Assembly: GCA_964483625.1 (NCBI GenBank)
Contig: CAZABB010000005.1
Location: forward strand, 15,571-79,570
Reading direction: 5' to 3'
DNA: 64,000 nucleotides
DNA from: an uncultured Planctomycetia bacterium
GTDB taxonomy: Bacteria; Omnitrophota; Gorgyraeia; Duberdicusellales; 4484-171
The stretch's first letter is position 1; each line of letters begins with the position of its first letter. Shown here piece after piece: positions 27,814 through 38,452 of the stretch. The notes beneath the pieces were generated by a model. The model made no database searches, was not told the DNA's origin, and was given only the letters and a program-made list of their open reading frames with translations. The position numbers and the translations under genes were made by a program.

Positions 27814-29055
27814 ATGGGAAACAGTACCAGATTATTTCTGATCACGGCACTCTTTTTAGGAGCGCTTAGCTTTGCCGGCTTAGTCCAGGCAGGTGAAATC
27901 GACATCCTGGTAGAGAAGCTGGTGGAGAAGGGTGTGTTGAGTTACGGTGAAGCGCAGACAATCCTTACCGAAACCCAAGAAGAAGTGAGAAAAGACATGA
28001 TTCGCGGCACGTCACCGATAGCAAAATCACTGCCGTCATGGATCAGGACGATGAAACTCAAAGGTGACCTGCGTCTCAGGTATCAGTATGAGGACAAATC
28101 ATCGGGAGAGGACCGCCACCGTACAAGAATGCGGTTCCGGCTGGGAATGGAATCGAAGGTGAACGATAAGGTGAAGGTCGCCGCGGGTCTTGCTACCGGC
28201 GGAAGCGATCCCCGTTCGACCAACGAAACGCTGGATAATACGTTTGATACCCCCGATATCCGTCTGGATTACGCTTATGCGACGTATACTCCCAACGATT
28301 GGGCGACCATACGCGCCGGTAAGATCAAGGGGATGAAAAGCGTGATTATGCGTCAGTCCGATCTTCTCTGGGACGGCGATATTAATCCCGAAGGTGCGGC
28401 ATTGGCTCTGGCGAAAAAGGCGGGCGACGTAACCTGGATGCTCAACACCGGCCTGTTTGTTCTTGATGAATCTTCATCGGACACATCGGATCCCTACATG
28501 TTCGTCATCCAGCCGGCAGTCAAGGCAAAATTGGGCGGCGGGGTCAGCGTAGAAGCGGCACTTGCCTACTATGGATTCGAGAACGTACAGGATGCTATGC
28601 TGGATAACGCCGAAGGTGGCCCGACGATGACAGCCGCGGGATATAAATACGATTTCGATTCGATTTCTCCCGGATTCGAAATCGGGTTTAAAAAACCGTT
28701 GGGCGGCATCGTGCCGTTTGCGTCGATTTTCGGTGAATACATTCACAACACCGATCCCAGTGAAAACGAGAACGGCTATCTGGCCGGGTTGAAGTTCGGG
28801 GCCAAGAAGATCAAAGACCAGGGTGACTGGCAGCTCAAGTATATGTACCGCAGACTGGAACAAGACGCCTGGCTCGATACCTTCCCCGATTCCGATGCCT
28901 ACAGCGGCGAAACTGACGTAAAAGGACATGAAGTCGCTCTTGCCTACGGGTTAGGGCCGAATACCGAACTCGGGTTCGATTATTATTATATGGAACAGAT
29001 CAAAGGAACCGGCCGTAAGACGATCTTTCAGGCTGACTGGAAAATGAAGTTCTAA
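27814..29055 (+). CDS. Putative outer-membrane porin, probably for phosphate
   Basis: SD AAGGAGG; signal peptide; GDLRLRYQ; amphipathic beta strands; terminal Phe; upstream of pstS. Confidence 0.8.
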   Translation: MGNSTRLFLITALFLGALSFAGLVQAGEIDILVEKLVEKGVLSYGEAQTILTETQEEVRKDMIRGTSPIAKSLPSWIRTMKLKGDLRLRYQYEDKSSGEDRHRTRMRFRLGMESKVNDKVKVAAGLATGGSDPRSTNETLDNTFDTPDIRLDYAYATYTPNDWATIRAGKIKGMKSVIMRQSDLLWDGDINPEGAALALAKKAGDVTWMLNTGLFVLDESSSDTSDPYMFVIQPAVKAKLGGGVSVEAALAYYGFENVQDAMLDNAEGGPTMTAAGYKYDFDSISPGFEIGFKKPLGGIVPFASIFGEYIHNTDPSENENGYLAGLKFGAKKIKDQGDWQLKYMYRRLEQDAWLDTFPDSDAYSGETDVKGHEVALAYGLGPNTELGFDYYYMEQIKGTGRKTIFQADWKMKF

Positions 29056-29123
29056 CTCAGATTGGTTATTGATTTTTGACATTACGATGTAAAAAGATAT
29101 GTTAGTTTAAAGGAGGCAGAACA

Positions 29124-29951
29124 ATGAAACGAGTAAAAGCCCATTTCGGGCGTATCATTCTGGCGCTCATTGCTTTTTCTTTCCTGGCATATGCCCATGC
29201 CGGGGCGGAATCCATTACCATTAAAGGATCGACGACGGTATTGCCGATCGCGCAGGCCTGCGCTGAGGAATATATGAACCAGAATCCCTATATCAATATT
29301 TCCGTACAGGGCGGCGGTTCCGGTGTCGGTATCGCGTCGATTATCGACGGTACCGCCGATATCGGTGACGCGTCCCGGCCCATCAAGGATAAAGAGATAT
29401 CCAAAGCAGTCAGCCGCGGCATCGATCCCAAAGCCCACGTGGTGGCGATGGACGGAATCGCGGTGATCGTCAATTCGTCGAACAGCATGAACGCCATCTC
29501 CAAGAAAGATTTAAAAGCCATCTATACCGGCGGAATCTCCAGCTGGTCGCAGGTCGGTGGCTCCGGCGGTCAGATCGTGGTGATTTCCCGTGATTCGGCC
29601 TCGGGAACGTTTGAAGCGTTTAACAAATTGGCTTTAAACAAAGCCAAAGTCCGGCCTGATGCGTTATTAGAAGCATCCAACGCCGCGGTGAAAAAAGCGG
29701 TGCAGATTACACCCGGCGCGATCGGGTATGTCGGATTAGGGTATGTTGATTCGACCGTAAAGGCGATTCCCGTCGACGGCATACTTCCGACGGAAGAAAC
29801 CGTTCTTTCGGGGAAATATCCGCTGGCTCGTCCGTTGTTTATGTACACCAACGGCCGGCCTTCGGGCGCGGTAAAGGAATTTATGGATTTCGTTTTAAGC
29901 TGGGAAGGGCAGAGCCTGGCTAAAGAGAACGGTTTTGTGCCGTTAAAGTAA
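29124..29951 (+). CDS. pstS: Phosphate ABC transporter substrate-binding protein
   Basis: GSTTV, GGGSGVGI, SRDSASGT, AIGYVG, YPLARPL. Confidence 0.93.
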   Translation: MKRVKAHFGRIILALIAFSFLAYAHAGAESITIKGSTTVLPIAQACAEEYMNQNPYINISVQGGGSGVGIASIIDGTADIGDASRPIKDKEISKAVSRGIDPKAHVVAMDGIAVIVNSSNSMNAISKKDLKAIYTGGISSWSQVGGSGGQIVVISRDSASGTFEAFNKLALNKAKVRPDALLEASNAAVKKAVQITPGAIGYVGLGYVDSTVKAIPVDGILPTEETVLSGKYPLARPLFMYTNGRPSGAVKEFMDFVLSWEGQSLAKENGFVPLK

Positions 29952-29999
29952 AGTAGCACATAAAATCCTTAACAGGATAAACAATAAATCTCCTTTCTC

Positions 30000-30048
30000 A
30001 AGGTACACGGCAGGGCGGGGCACCGTCCTGCCGTGGGGTACCTTTTTT
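30000..30048 (+). terminator. Terminator hairpin between pstS and pstC
   Basis: aaggtac-acggcaggg...tcctgccgt-gtacctt then T-run. Confidence 0.7.
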
Positions 30049-30084
30049 CTTTCTTCGCCGGATATAGTAGATATAATAATAAGA

Positions 30085-30978
30085 ATGGCAAACAAAACGA
30101 AATTAAAAGAAAATATCTACCGTTGGATTTTCGGGTTTCTGGCCTTTGCGTCTTTATTTTTTCTTTTAGGGATTACCTTTATTCTTTTTAAAGAAGGCCT
30201 GCCGATATTCGGTGAAGTAAACCCCTTTGATTTCATCTTCGGCCGGGCCTGGTATCCCACCCACGATGATGCCGAGTTCGGTATCCTGCCGCTCATTTTA
30301 GGTTCGCTGTGGGTGACGGTAGGCGCTCTGTTTGTCTGTATGCCTTTAGGGGTAGGGAGCGCGATGTATATTCATGAACTGGCCGGCCATAAGCAGAAAT
30401 CGATTCTAAAACCTCTGATTGAAATTCTTGCGGCGATTCCTTCGATCGTCTACGGTTTCTTCGGGATGGTCATCGTAGCTCCTTTCTTGCAGAGAACATT
30501 CAATCTTGCCGTGGGATTGAACGCATTGAGCGGTAGTTTGATGCTGGGGATTATGGCGACGCCGACGGTTTGCAGTATTGCCGAAGATGCCTTGAGTTTT
30601 GTTCCTAAAAGTTTCCGGGAAGCTTCCTACGCGCTGGGTGCCAACCGGTGGCAGACACTGGTGAATGTTATCATTCCGGCCGCCGGCTCAGGGATTTCTA
30701 CGGCGATTATTCTGGGGATGAGCCGGGCTATCGGGGAGACGATGACGGTCCTCATGGTTTGCGGCGGCGCCGCGGTGGTTCCCCGTTCCTTCTTTCAGCC
30801 GGTGCGGCCGATGACCGCCACGATCGCCGCGGAAATGGGCGAAACGGTGATGGGGGGAACGCATTACCATGCGTTATTTGCCATCGGCCTCATTCTTTTT
30901 CTGTTTACACTGGTCTTTAATATTATCGCCGAAATCATCAGCCGGCGGTTCCGTTTAAAACTGGGGTTAGGTCGATGA
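30085..30978 (+). CDS. pstC: Phosphate ABC transporter permease
   Basis: LAAIPSIVYG, EASYALGA, RAIGETM. Confidence 0.95.
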   Translation: MANKTKLKENIYRWIFGFLAFASLFFLLGITFILFKEGLPIFGEVNPFDFIFGRAWYPTHDDAEFGILPLILGSLWVTVGALFVCMPLGVGSAMYIHELAGHKQKSILKPLIEILAAIPSIVYGFFGMVIVAPFLQRTFNLAVGLNALSGSLMLGIMATPTVCSIAEDALSFVPKSFREASYALGANRWQTLVNVIIPAAGSGISTAIILGMSRAIGETMTVLMVCGGAAVVPRSFFQPVRPMTATIAAEMGETVMGGTHYHALFAIGLILFLFTLVFNIIAEIISRRFRLKLGLGR

Positions 30979-31826
30979 GCAAGGACTGGACACAGAAACT
31001 CGGATTTAGTATTCTTTTTTTATGCTTAATTACGACGGTGCTGTTTTTAGGTGTGATCGTGTATTTCATCCTTATCCGGGGTGCCGGCGTGATTTCATGG
31101 GAGTTCTTTACGCAAGTCCCCCGGCGGTTTATGACCGAAGGGGGTGTGGCTCCCGCGATTGTGGGGACATTCTATTTAACATTGGGGTCGATTATTGTCG
31201 CGCTCCCGCTTGGCCTTGCCTGCGCGGTCTATCTTTGTGAGTACAGCCCCAAAAGCGTCGTGGTCAATATTATCCGGATCAGCATCAATAATCTTGCCGG
31301 AGTACCGTCGGTCGTCTTCGGCCTCTTCGGCATGGCGGTATTCGTGAAATTTTTTGGGTTTGGCGTATCGATTGTATCGGGATGTCTCACGCTGGCGATC
31401 ATGGTTTTGCCCAGTATTATTTCCGCATCACAGGAAGCGCTGCTTGCGGTGCCGCAGTCTTATCGCGAGGCTTCGCTTGCTTTGGGGGCGACCCACTGGT
31501 ATACGATAAAAAAAGTAGTTGTACCCTCGGCGTTACCGGGTATTCTGACCGGTGTGATTTTGAGCGTGGGACGAGTGGCGGGAGAAACCGCGCCGATTCT
31601 TTTTACCGCCGGGACGTTTTATATGCGAGGTTATCCTCAATCGATCTTTTCGGAGGTCATGGCTCTGCCCTATCATATTTACGCGCTGATGACCGAAGGG
31701 GCTCATCCGGTGAAACAAACCCAGATTGCTTACGGATGCGCGCTGATTCTGTTGATGTTAGTATTAGCCGTTTCCGCGCTTGCGATTTTTATCCGGCAAA
31801 AACAAAGGAGTATGGAAAATGCCTGA
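30975..31826 (+). CDS. pstA: Phosphate ABC transporter permease
   Basis: [26 protein letters not shown]. Confidence 0.95.
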   Translation: MSKDWTQKLGFSILFLCLITTVLFLGVIVYFILIRGAGVISWEFFTQVPRRFMTEGGVAPAIVGTFYLTLGSIIVALPLGLACAVYLCEYSPKSVVVNIIRISINNLAGVPSVVFGLFGMAVFVKFFGFGVSIVSGCLTLAIMVLPSIISASQEALLAVPQSYREASLALGATHWYTIKKVVVPSALPGILTGVILSVGRVAGETAPILFTAGTFYMRGYPQSIFSEVMALPYHIYALMTEGAHPVKQTQIAYGCALILLMLVLAVSALAIFIRQKQRSMENA

Positions 31827-32580
31827 GAAAGTGAGAATGGAAATCAAAAATCTGAATTTTTACTACGGAGCGAAACAGGCTCTGTGTGATATTAACCTCA
31901 AGATCCTCCAGAATAAAGTAACCGCGATTATCGGGCCATCGGGGTGCGGTAAATCGACTTTGATCCGTCTCTTGAACCGGATGAATGATCTTATTCCCAA
32001 AGTGCGTGTGGAAGGGGAGGTGTTTCTCGATACCCAGAATATTTACGACTCAGAAGTCGATGTGGTCGAGATCCGCCGCAAAATCGGGATGGTATTTCAA
32101 AAACCCAATCCGTTTCCCAAATCGATATTTGAGAATGTTTCTTACGGGTTAAAAGTCAACGGGATCAGAGACAATGGATACATCCGGCGTAAGGTCGAGC
32201 GGAGCTTAAAAGGCGCGGCGTTGTGGAATGAGGTGAAGGGCCGTCTGGGAGAAAGCGCCCTGGCACTTTCCGGCGGCCAGCAGCAGCGTCTCTGCATCGC
32301 CCGGGCGTTGGCAGTCGAGCCGGAGGTGTTGCTTATGGATGAGCCGGCCTCGGCTCTTGATCCTACCTCGACCTCCAAAATAGAAGAACTCATTCAGGAA
32401 TTAAAGAACAAATACACGATTATCATCGTTACTCATAACATGCAGCAGGCCGCGCGTATTTCCGACTACACGGCGTTCTTGATGCTGGGGGAGATGGTAG
32501 AGTACGATCTTACCAATAAGATTTTTACGAATCCCGCGAAAAAAGTCACCGAGGATTACATCACCGGCCGGTTTGGATAA
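31819..32580 (+). CDS. pstB: Phosphate ABC transporter ATPase
   Basis: [39 protein letters not shown]. Confidence 0.96.
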   Translation: MPEKVRMEIKNLNFYYGAKQALCDINLKILQNKVTAIIGPSGCGKSTLIRLLNRMNDLIPKVRVEGEVFLDTQNIYDSEVDVVEIRRKIGMVFQKPNPFPKSIFENVSYGLKVNGIRDNGYIRRKVERSLKGAALWNEVKGRLGESALALSGGQQQRLCIARALAVEPEVLLMDEPASALDPTSTSKIEELIQELKNKYTIIIVTHNMQQAARISDYTAFLMLGEMVEYDLTNKIFTNPAKKVTEDYITGRFG

Positions 32581-32710
32581 GGGATAGGGGATCAGGGAAT
32601 AAAAAATATTGAACGATTTCACCAGCTGCGCGATAATGAAAAAGTTTGGAGTTTCCTTTCGCGCCTGAGGTGAAATCATATTGCCTACCATATCATAAAA
32701 GGAGAAAAAG

Positions 32711-33424
32711 ATGGTAATCAGGAAACATTTTGAGGAGGAGCTGGAACGGTTTAATACCGAAATTTTAAAGATGGCGACATTGACCGAAGGGGCTATATTC
32801 AAGTCCGTCGAGGCCCTGAAAAACCGCGATCTTAAACTTGCCCAAAGCGTTATTGACGATGATCGTATCGTCGATGAACAGGAGTTATTGATTGAAGAGA
32901 TGGCGATCGACTTTCTTGCCCTGCAGAATCCCAAGGCACGGGATTTGCGGTTTATCACCACAGGGATGAGCATCAATACCGAACTTGAGAGAATCGCCGA
33001 CTTGGCCGTCAATATATCCCAGCGGGTCCTTGATTTGGGCGATCAGCCGCTGATCAAGCCGCTGATCGATATCCCGAAGTTGACCGCGGTGGTGAGGAAG
33101 ATGATCAAAGATGTCATCGATTCCTTCGTGAATCAGGATGAAAAACTGGCTAAATCGGTTATCCTTTCGGACCCGGATGCCGATAAGCTACGGAATATGA
33201 TTTTTGATGAGCTGGTGCACGAATTCATGGTCAAAAACGGCAAAAGCGTCCCCCGGGCGATCCCGCTGTTTTTGATCACCCGCTATCTGGAGCGGATTGC
33301 CGACCACGCGACCAATATCGCCGAAGATATTATATATATGGTAAAGGCCGAGGTGGTCAAGCATCATCCCGAGCGGCTCAAAAACGGCCAGAAAAACCGT
33401 AAACGGAAGAAAAAAAGCCAATAA
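32711..33424 (+). CDS. phoU: Phosphate signalling complex protein
   Basis: ARDLR, LERIADLAVNI, LERIADHATNIAE. Confidence 0.95.
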   Translation: MVIRKHFEEELERFNTEILKMATLTEGAIFKSVEALKNRDLKLAQSVIDDDRIVDEQELLIEEMAIDFLALQNPKARDLRFITTGMSINTELERIADLAVNISQRVLDLGDQPLIKPLIDIPKLTAVVRKMIKDVIDSFVNQDEKLAKSVILSDPDADKLRNMIFDELVHEFMVKNGKSVPRAIPLFLITRYLERIADHATNIAEDIIYMVKAEVVKHHPERLKNGQKNRKRKKKSQ

Positions 33425-33661
33425 AACAAAATTTGCTATACATGGTTGGTTTCTAATAAAGATGACGATGAAGAATTGGATAAGATGAGCGCTCGGGTTG
33501 AGCTTACTGATGATGATCAACTGCAGGTCGATATCAACCAGAATCGGAACGAACCCGAGGACTAACCTCCCATCTCCTTCGAAACATTTCTCTTGTCGGA
33601 TATTTACATCCGCCGGTATAATGGTAAAAAGGTTATTTTTATATGTGAGGAGGAGAGTGAG

Positions 33662-35104
33662 TTGAAAAAACGCATTGCGATCGTCGGCGCCGGGGTGGGG
33701 GGATTGGCAACGGCTGCCCGCCTTTCTCAGGCCGGCCATTATGTCGATGTCTACGAACGCCTGCCTCGCCCGGGCGGCCGGGCGCATATCATCGAAGATG
33801 CCGGGTTCAAATTCGACACCGGTCCTTCCTTTGTCCTGATGCCCCCGTTTTTCCGCGAATTATTTTCTTCCTGCCAAAAAGACATTGCCGGATATCTGGA
33901 TTTGATTCCTCTGGATATCCACTACAAAATATTTTATCCCAACGGAAAACAGCTTACCGTGTACCGCGATACCCAGAGGACAAAGGAAGAACTTGAGAGG
34001 ATCGAACCCGGCGCAAGCGCCCGGTATGACCGGTTTATCCGGGATATCGGTACTATGTATCATAGCGTCGAACCCCTCTTGTATCAATGCTTCACCCCGG
34101 GCCGGCTGGTCAACCCCGCCTACTGGAATCTTCTCTGGAAGCTGAAAACCCATAAATCCTACTGGCGGCTGGCTCATGATTTTTTTAAGACCAGAGAACT
34201 TATCGCCGCGTTCACTTTCGAGGCGATGTTTATCGGTGTATCTCCTCACCATGCGCCGGCGTTTTACAGTGTGATTACCTACGCCGACCATGTGCAGAAA
34301 ATTTACCACCCCCGCGGCGGGATGTATCAGATCCCTCTGAGCTTAGAGCGTCTGGGAAGAGAGGCGGGGGTAACGTTTCATTACGGTGAGGAAGTGGGGA
34401 AGGTCTCAGGGGCCAACGGATCGGTATCGCTGGATATCGGGTCCGCCAGGGAACGTTTTGACCAGGTAGTTATTAATGCCGATTACGCCTATGCCTGCCG
34501 GACACTTCTGGGTGAATCCTTGCCCAACTACCGCTATTCCTGTTCGGTGTACCTTCTCTATTTGGGATTGAAGAAAAAGATCAAGGGGTTAGAGCATCAT
34601 AATCTTTTCTTTGCCCGGGACCTGGAAAAGAATTTAAAAGAAATATTCGGTGATCATACCGTGTCCGAAGACCCTTCTTTTTATGTCCACGTACCTACGG
34701 TGACTGATCCTTCCCTGGCCCCGCCCGGGAAAGAGATCGTGTATATTCTCATCCCGGTGCCGAATCTCGAGAACGCCCGCGGTCATTTTTCTCGCCATGA
34801 AGAGAAACTCAGGAACCTCGTCCTTAACAAGATACGCGAGATTACCGGTGAGAACATCGCGGACTTAATTGAAGTCAAACACCGGTTCTACCCCGAAGAT
34901 TTTGTTTCCCGCTATAACGTGCGTCACGGCGCGACCTTCGGGCTGGCGCATACGTTGATGCAGAGCGCGTTTTTCCGGCCGCCCAACCGTCACCGTCGCC
35001 ACAAAAACGTGTATTTTGTCGGATGTAGTACCCAGCCCGGGGAAGGGTTGCCCCCCGTCATCGCCTCCTCCCGTATCGTTTGCGATCTGATCGGTTGCGC
35101 TTAA
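33662..35104 (+). CDS. crtI: Phytoene desaturase family protein
   Basis: GAGVGG FAD site, FDTGPS, DPSFYVH, RPPNR; SD GAGGAG before TTG 33662; crtB nearby. Confidence 0.82.
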   Translation: MKKRIAIVGAGVGGLATAARLSQAGHYVDVYERLPRPGGRAHIIEDAGFKFDTGPSFVLMPPFFRELFSSCQKDIAGYLDLIPLDIHYKIFYPNGKQLTVYRDTQRTKEELERIEPGASARYDRFIRDIGTMYHSVEPLLYQCFTPGRLVNPAYWNLLWKLKTHKSYWRLAHDFFKTRELIAAFTFEAMFIGVSPHHAPAFYSVITYADHVQKIYHPRGGMYQIPLSLERLGREAGVTFHYGEEVGKVSGANGSVSLDIGSARERFDQVVINADYAYACRTLLGESLPNYRYSCSVYLLYLGLKKKIKGLEHHNLFFARDLEKNLKEIFGDHTVSEDPSFYVHVPTVTDPSLAPPGKEIVYILIPVPNLENARGHFSRHEEKLRNLVLNKIREITGENIADLIEVKHRFYPEDFVSRYNVRHGATFGLAHTLMQSAFFRPPNRHRRHKNVYFVGCSTQPGEGLPPVIASSRIVCDLIGCA

Positions 35105-35135
35105 AAAACATGTTGGTTTAACAGAAAAGGCGTGC

Positions 35136-35978
35136 TTACCTTTTCAGGGCCTTTACATATGCAATGACGGTATCGGTAATATATTCGGGGGTGGAGGCTC
35201 CCGCGGTGATCCCGACGCTTGTAGCCTCCTCGAACCAGCGGGGATCGATTTGTTTTTTAGATTGAATCCAGTAGGTGTTCCGGTTCAGTTCCTGGGAAAT
35301 TTCGTAGAGACGCCGGGTGTTAGCGCTTGTTTTCGAGCCGATGATCAGCATGACGTCGTTCTTAAGCGGCATCGTTTTTATTTCTTTTTGTTTTATCCGG
35401 GTGGGATTGCATATCGTATTATGAAATTTCAGATTGGGTATATGTGCTTTAAGCAGATTGACGAGCCGGGAGACTTTTTCGGTATTCTGTGTCGACTGGA
35501 CAACGACGGCCGCTTTGGTAATTGAATGAAACAGCGCGGGACGGATCTGTTTTACTGTATCGATGACCAGGGCTTTTGTGTTCAGCTGTCCCAGAATTCC
35601 CTGGACCTCATCGTGTTTCCTATCGCCGATAATGATGACGGTGTATCCGTCCTTTTCGGCATTCCTGGCCAGGGTATGAATTTCTTTCACCATCGGGCAA
35701 GTGGCGTCGACGATCGTGTATCCTTGCTGTCTGGCTTTTTCGATTGTTTTCCGGGATGCTCCGTGAGCCCGGATTAAGAGCACGGTATGTTCACCCTGGC
35801 CCAGCCGCTGGATTTTTTTTATGCCGCAGGCAGCGATGTTCCGTACGACATCTTCGTTATGAACGATATCTCCCAACATGACCACGCAAGAGTGTTTTTT
35901 CGCCGTGGCGCATGCCAGGGCCAGGGCTCTTTTTACTCCCGAACAGAATCCGGCGGAACGGGCTACTCTGACATTCAT
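35136..35978 (-). CDS. ispH: 4-hydroxy-3-methylbut-2-enyl diphosphate reductase
   Basis: AGFCSGV, IRAHG, DATCP, NTIC, SANT, GITAGASTP. Confidence 0.95.
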   Translation of the reverse strand: MNVRVARSAGFCSGVKRALALACATAKKHSCVVMLGDIVHNEDVVRNIAACGIKKIQRLGQGEHTVLLIRAHGASRKTIEKARQQGYTIVDATCPMVKEIHTLARNAEKDGYTVIIIGDRKHDEVQGILGQLNTKALVIDTVKQIRPALFHSITKAAVVVQSTQNTEKVSRLVNLLKAHIPNLKFHNTICNPTRIKQKEIKTMPLKNDVMLIIGSKTSANTRRLYEISQELNRNTYWIQSKKQIDPRWFEEATSVGITAGASTPEYITDTVIAYVKALKR

Positions 35979-36850
35979 GAACACGCTCCTTTGACAAGAA
36001 GAAACAGAGCGATTTTACATTTCTCCGTTTTGGAAACATGCGCTCTCTGAGAAAACACGTCGTACCGGTTTCGTTCCACCGCGGACAGGATACCCGCGTA
36101 TATTTCTTTCATGGCTCTTACGACATAACGCTGACGGCGCGATGTAAGCCGAGTGATCCCGCTTTCCGATTTCCGGTAGAAATGTTGCGCCCTGTCGATC
36201 TGGAAACGTACCAAGGCGACGAAATTCTCATCGACTATTTTCTTCCGCAGATGGCCTTCGGTGACGCCGAACTGCTCTAGTTCCTTCTGAGGCAGATATA
36301 TCCGTCCCCGGCGGTAATCTTCCTCGATATCCCGGATGATATTAGTCAATTGCATGGCAATCCCCAGATTGATCGCGGGTTCGCGGGTCTTTTCTGTGTC
36401 GTCGCGAAATATTTTAAGCATAATCAATCCGATAATTGCGGCGACGCGGTAACAGTAGAGATATAACCGGTCGAAATGTTCATACCGGTTTTCGGTAATA
36501 TCCATTTCCATCCCTTTTATCAGTTCATAAAAATATTCGGCCGGGATCCCGTATTCTTCTACGGTATGCCGGAACGCGGCAAGAAGAGGCGGAAGGTTAT
36601 CGTTGCCCGCATAGGCTGAGGTAATACCTTTACGTATCGATGAAAGAATATCTTTGGGTTCGGTGCCGGATCCGGCGTCGACGGCGTCGTCGGTCTTGCG
36701 GCAGACGGCATATACGCTGTAGGAGGCGTCTCGCACGGGAGAGGGGAGGAATCGGCTGGCAAAATAAAAGGTACTGGCGTGAATCCGGGTAATATGTTTA
36801 GCCTGAGCAAAGCCTTGGGCCAGTTGTACTTGATGAGGGGGCTGGCTCAT
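35975..36850 (-). CDS. crtB: Phytoene/squalene synthase
   Basis: TFYFAS, DDAVD, YCYRVA, LGIAMQLTNIIRDIEED, GRIYLP. Confidence 0.88.
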   Translation of the reverse strand: MSQPPHQVQLAQGFAQAKHITRIHASTFYFASRFLPSPVRDASYSVYAVCRKTDDAVDAGSGTEPKDILSSIRKGITSAYAGNDNLPPLLAAFRHTVEEYGIPAEYFYELIKGMEMDITENRYEHFDRLYLYCYRVAAIIGLIMLKIFRDDTEKTREPAINLGIAMQLTNIIRDIEEDYRRGRIYLPQKELEQFGVTEGHLRKKIVDENFVALVRFQIDRAQHFYRKSESGITRLTSRRQRYVVRAMKEIYAGILSAVERNRYDVFSQRAHVSKTEKCKIALFLLVKGACS

Positions 36851-36856
36851 GGTCCT

Positions 36857-36925
36857 ATTTTACACTCAAACCATTTTGGTTCAACCGAGATTTTCATTGA
36901 ACAGAAATGAGCTTTAAGATAGAAT
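36857..36925. promoter_or_regulatory. Back-to-back divergent promoters for crtB and the lycopene cyclase genes
   Basis: minus strand TTGAAC-16-TAAAAT; plus strand TTGAAC-17-TAGAAT; each -10 is 6 nt from an ATG. Confidence 0.6.
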
Positions 36926-36931
36926 TTTGGT

Positions 36932-37234
36932 ATGTCACCGTATATGTGGGTTCTGGTTTTCTCCGGCATCGGGCCGCTGGTGTTAAGTTTCTGGCCCGGT
37001 TTAAAATTCTGGCAAAAGTGGCGCGCTTTGGCGGGGTCGATTGCGCTGATTCTGGTTATTTTTGGCACCTGGGATGTCATCGCCACGGTGCGCGGGCACT
37101 GGGTTTTTCATCCTCAGAAAGTATGGAATCTGCGGATCATAAACCTTCCTGTGGAAGAGGTGCTTTTTTTCGTGATCATCCCCTTTTGCTGTATATTTAC
37201 CTGGGAAGTAATACATTATTTCGGGAAGGATTAA
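36932..37234 (+). CDS. Lycopene cyclase domain protein (heterodimeric CrtYc-type)
   Basis: WD...GHWVF, LPVEEVLFF; three TM. Confidence 0.82.
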   Translation: MSPYMWVLVFSGIGPLVLSFWPGLKFWQKWRALAGSIALILVIFGTWDVIATVRGHWVFHPQKVWNLRIINLPVEEVLFFVIIPFCCIFTWEVIHYFGKD

Positions 37235-37237
37235 TCA

Positions 37238-37549
37238 ATGAAAGAATACACGCTGATATCTCTCGGCGCGGTTATTATTACGGTCATCGTTGACCAGGTA
37301 AGCCGGGTGCGTCTGATGCGGCGCAAAACATACTGGTTTTACCTGGCTTTGTTTACCCTGCTGATGATTGTCGTCAACGGATACATTACGCATCAAAAGA
37401 TTGTCCGGTACAGTTCGTACTACTATTGCGGCATACGCATGGGAAGTATTCCTCTGGAGGACTTTTTATTTAATTTCAGCATGGTCACGCTGACCATTAT
37501 TTTCTGGGAGGTTTTAAAAAAACATATTCGTTCTAAGGAGAACCAATGA
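37238..37549 (+). CDS. Lycopene cyclase domain protein (heterodimeric CrtYd-type)
   Basis: VNG...IVRY, GIRMGSIPLEDFLF. Confidence 0.82.
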   Translation: MKEYTLISLGAVIITVIVDQVSRVRLMRRKTYWFYLALFTLLMIVVNGYITHQKIVRYSSYYYCGIRMGSIPLEDFLFNFSMVTLTIIFWEVLKKHIRSKENQ

Positions 37550-38427
37550 ACGTAAAAACATTCGTAATTTTACTGGGATGCTTTTTGTGTCTGTTGCCGC
37601 GGGGGGGATGGGCTCTTGATTGGAAAGCCTTGCATGAGGAAGCCGGCCGGATATCGCTTGATCCGGCCGATCAGGAGATCGATCCTGCCGGGTTATCGAA
37701 GGAAGAATTGTATATACGGGGCCTGGTGTATTTCAAATATCATCGTGACCAGAAAGCTCAGCAGATATTCGCAGGGCTGAGAGAAAAACTGTCGAATGAG
37801 CACGCTGTTCTCTGGGGCTATGCCGAAAGTCTACGCCGTCAGCATCGCTATTCGGAAAGCATACCGATACTGGAGGAAATTATCGATGCCCATCCTGATT
37901 TCGCTCCGGCCTATATCAGCCTGGGGTACATCAGGTATATGCAGATGGAATTCAATCAAACCGCACGGCTTGCCGCGAAAGTTCTGGCTCTGGGCCGCGA
38001 TGATGTCGATACAACCAATTTCGTCAACGCGCACGGGCTGTATGCCGGAGCCAAGGGGATGATTGCCCACTACGGCGGTCCGTTATCGAAAGCGGTAAAC
38101 GGAGCGGCAGTCCTGCCTCATCTGAAAGCCGCTCAGAAGATAGATCCTGAGAGTATTTCGGTTCTTTACGGCCTGGGAAGTTTTTATCTTCTTGCGCCGC
38201 CGGTTTTGGGCCGCGATATTGATAAAGCGTTACGGTATCTCGAGCAGGCCCGTGAAGCCGACCCTTATTTTGCCGATATTCATGTGCGCATAGCGCAAGG
38301 GTATCGCGCTCAAGGAGACATGGCCAAATACGAGCAGGCCATAGAGGAGGCGTTACGTCTTGATCCTCAGAACGAAATCGCCCTGGATGTTCAATCCCGC
38401 CGCTGTAAGTTCATCTGTCTGGACTGA
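37546..38427 (+). CDS. Secreted tetratricopeptide-repeat protein
   Basis: Signal peptide; TPR motifs (PDFAPAYISLG, ALRLDPQN); ATGA overlap with the cyclase gene. Confidence 0.75.
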   Translation: MNVKTFVILLGCFLCLLPRGGWALDWKALHEEAGRISLDPADQEIDPAGLSKEELYIRGLVYFKYHRDQKAQQIFAGLREKLSNEHAVLWGYAESLRRQHRYSESIPILEEIIDAHPDFAPAYISLGYIRYMQMEFNQTARLAAKVLALGRDDVDTTNFVNAHGLYAGAKGMIAHYGGPLSKAVNGAAVLPHLKAAQKIDPESISVLYGLGSFYLLAPPVLGRDIDKALRYLEQAREADPYFADIHVRIAQGYRAQGDMAKYEQAIEEALRLDPQNEIALDVQSRRCKFICLD

Positions 38428-38452
38428 AGTAAACCAAAAAAGATTTGAGAGG

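Noticed and set aside
33424-33662. crtI as part of the Pho regulon
   Set aside because: No 11-nt repeats upstream; it has its own candidate -10 TATAAT at 33617-33622
36907-37293. 128-aa ORF overlapping the lycopene cyclase genes
   Set aside because: The alternative frames 36932-37234 and 37238-37549 carry the cyclase motifs
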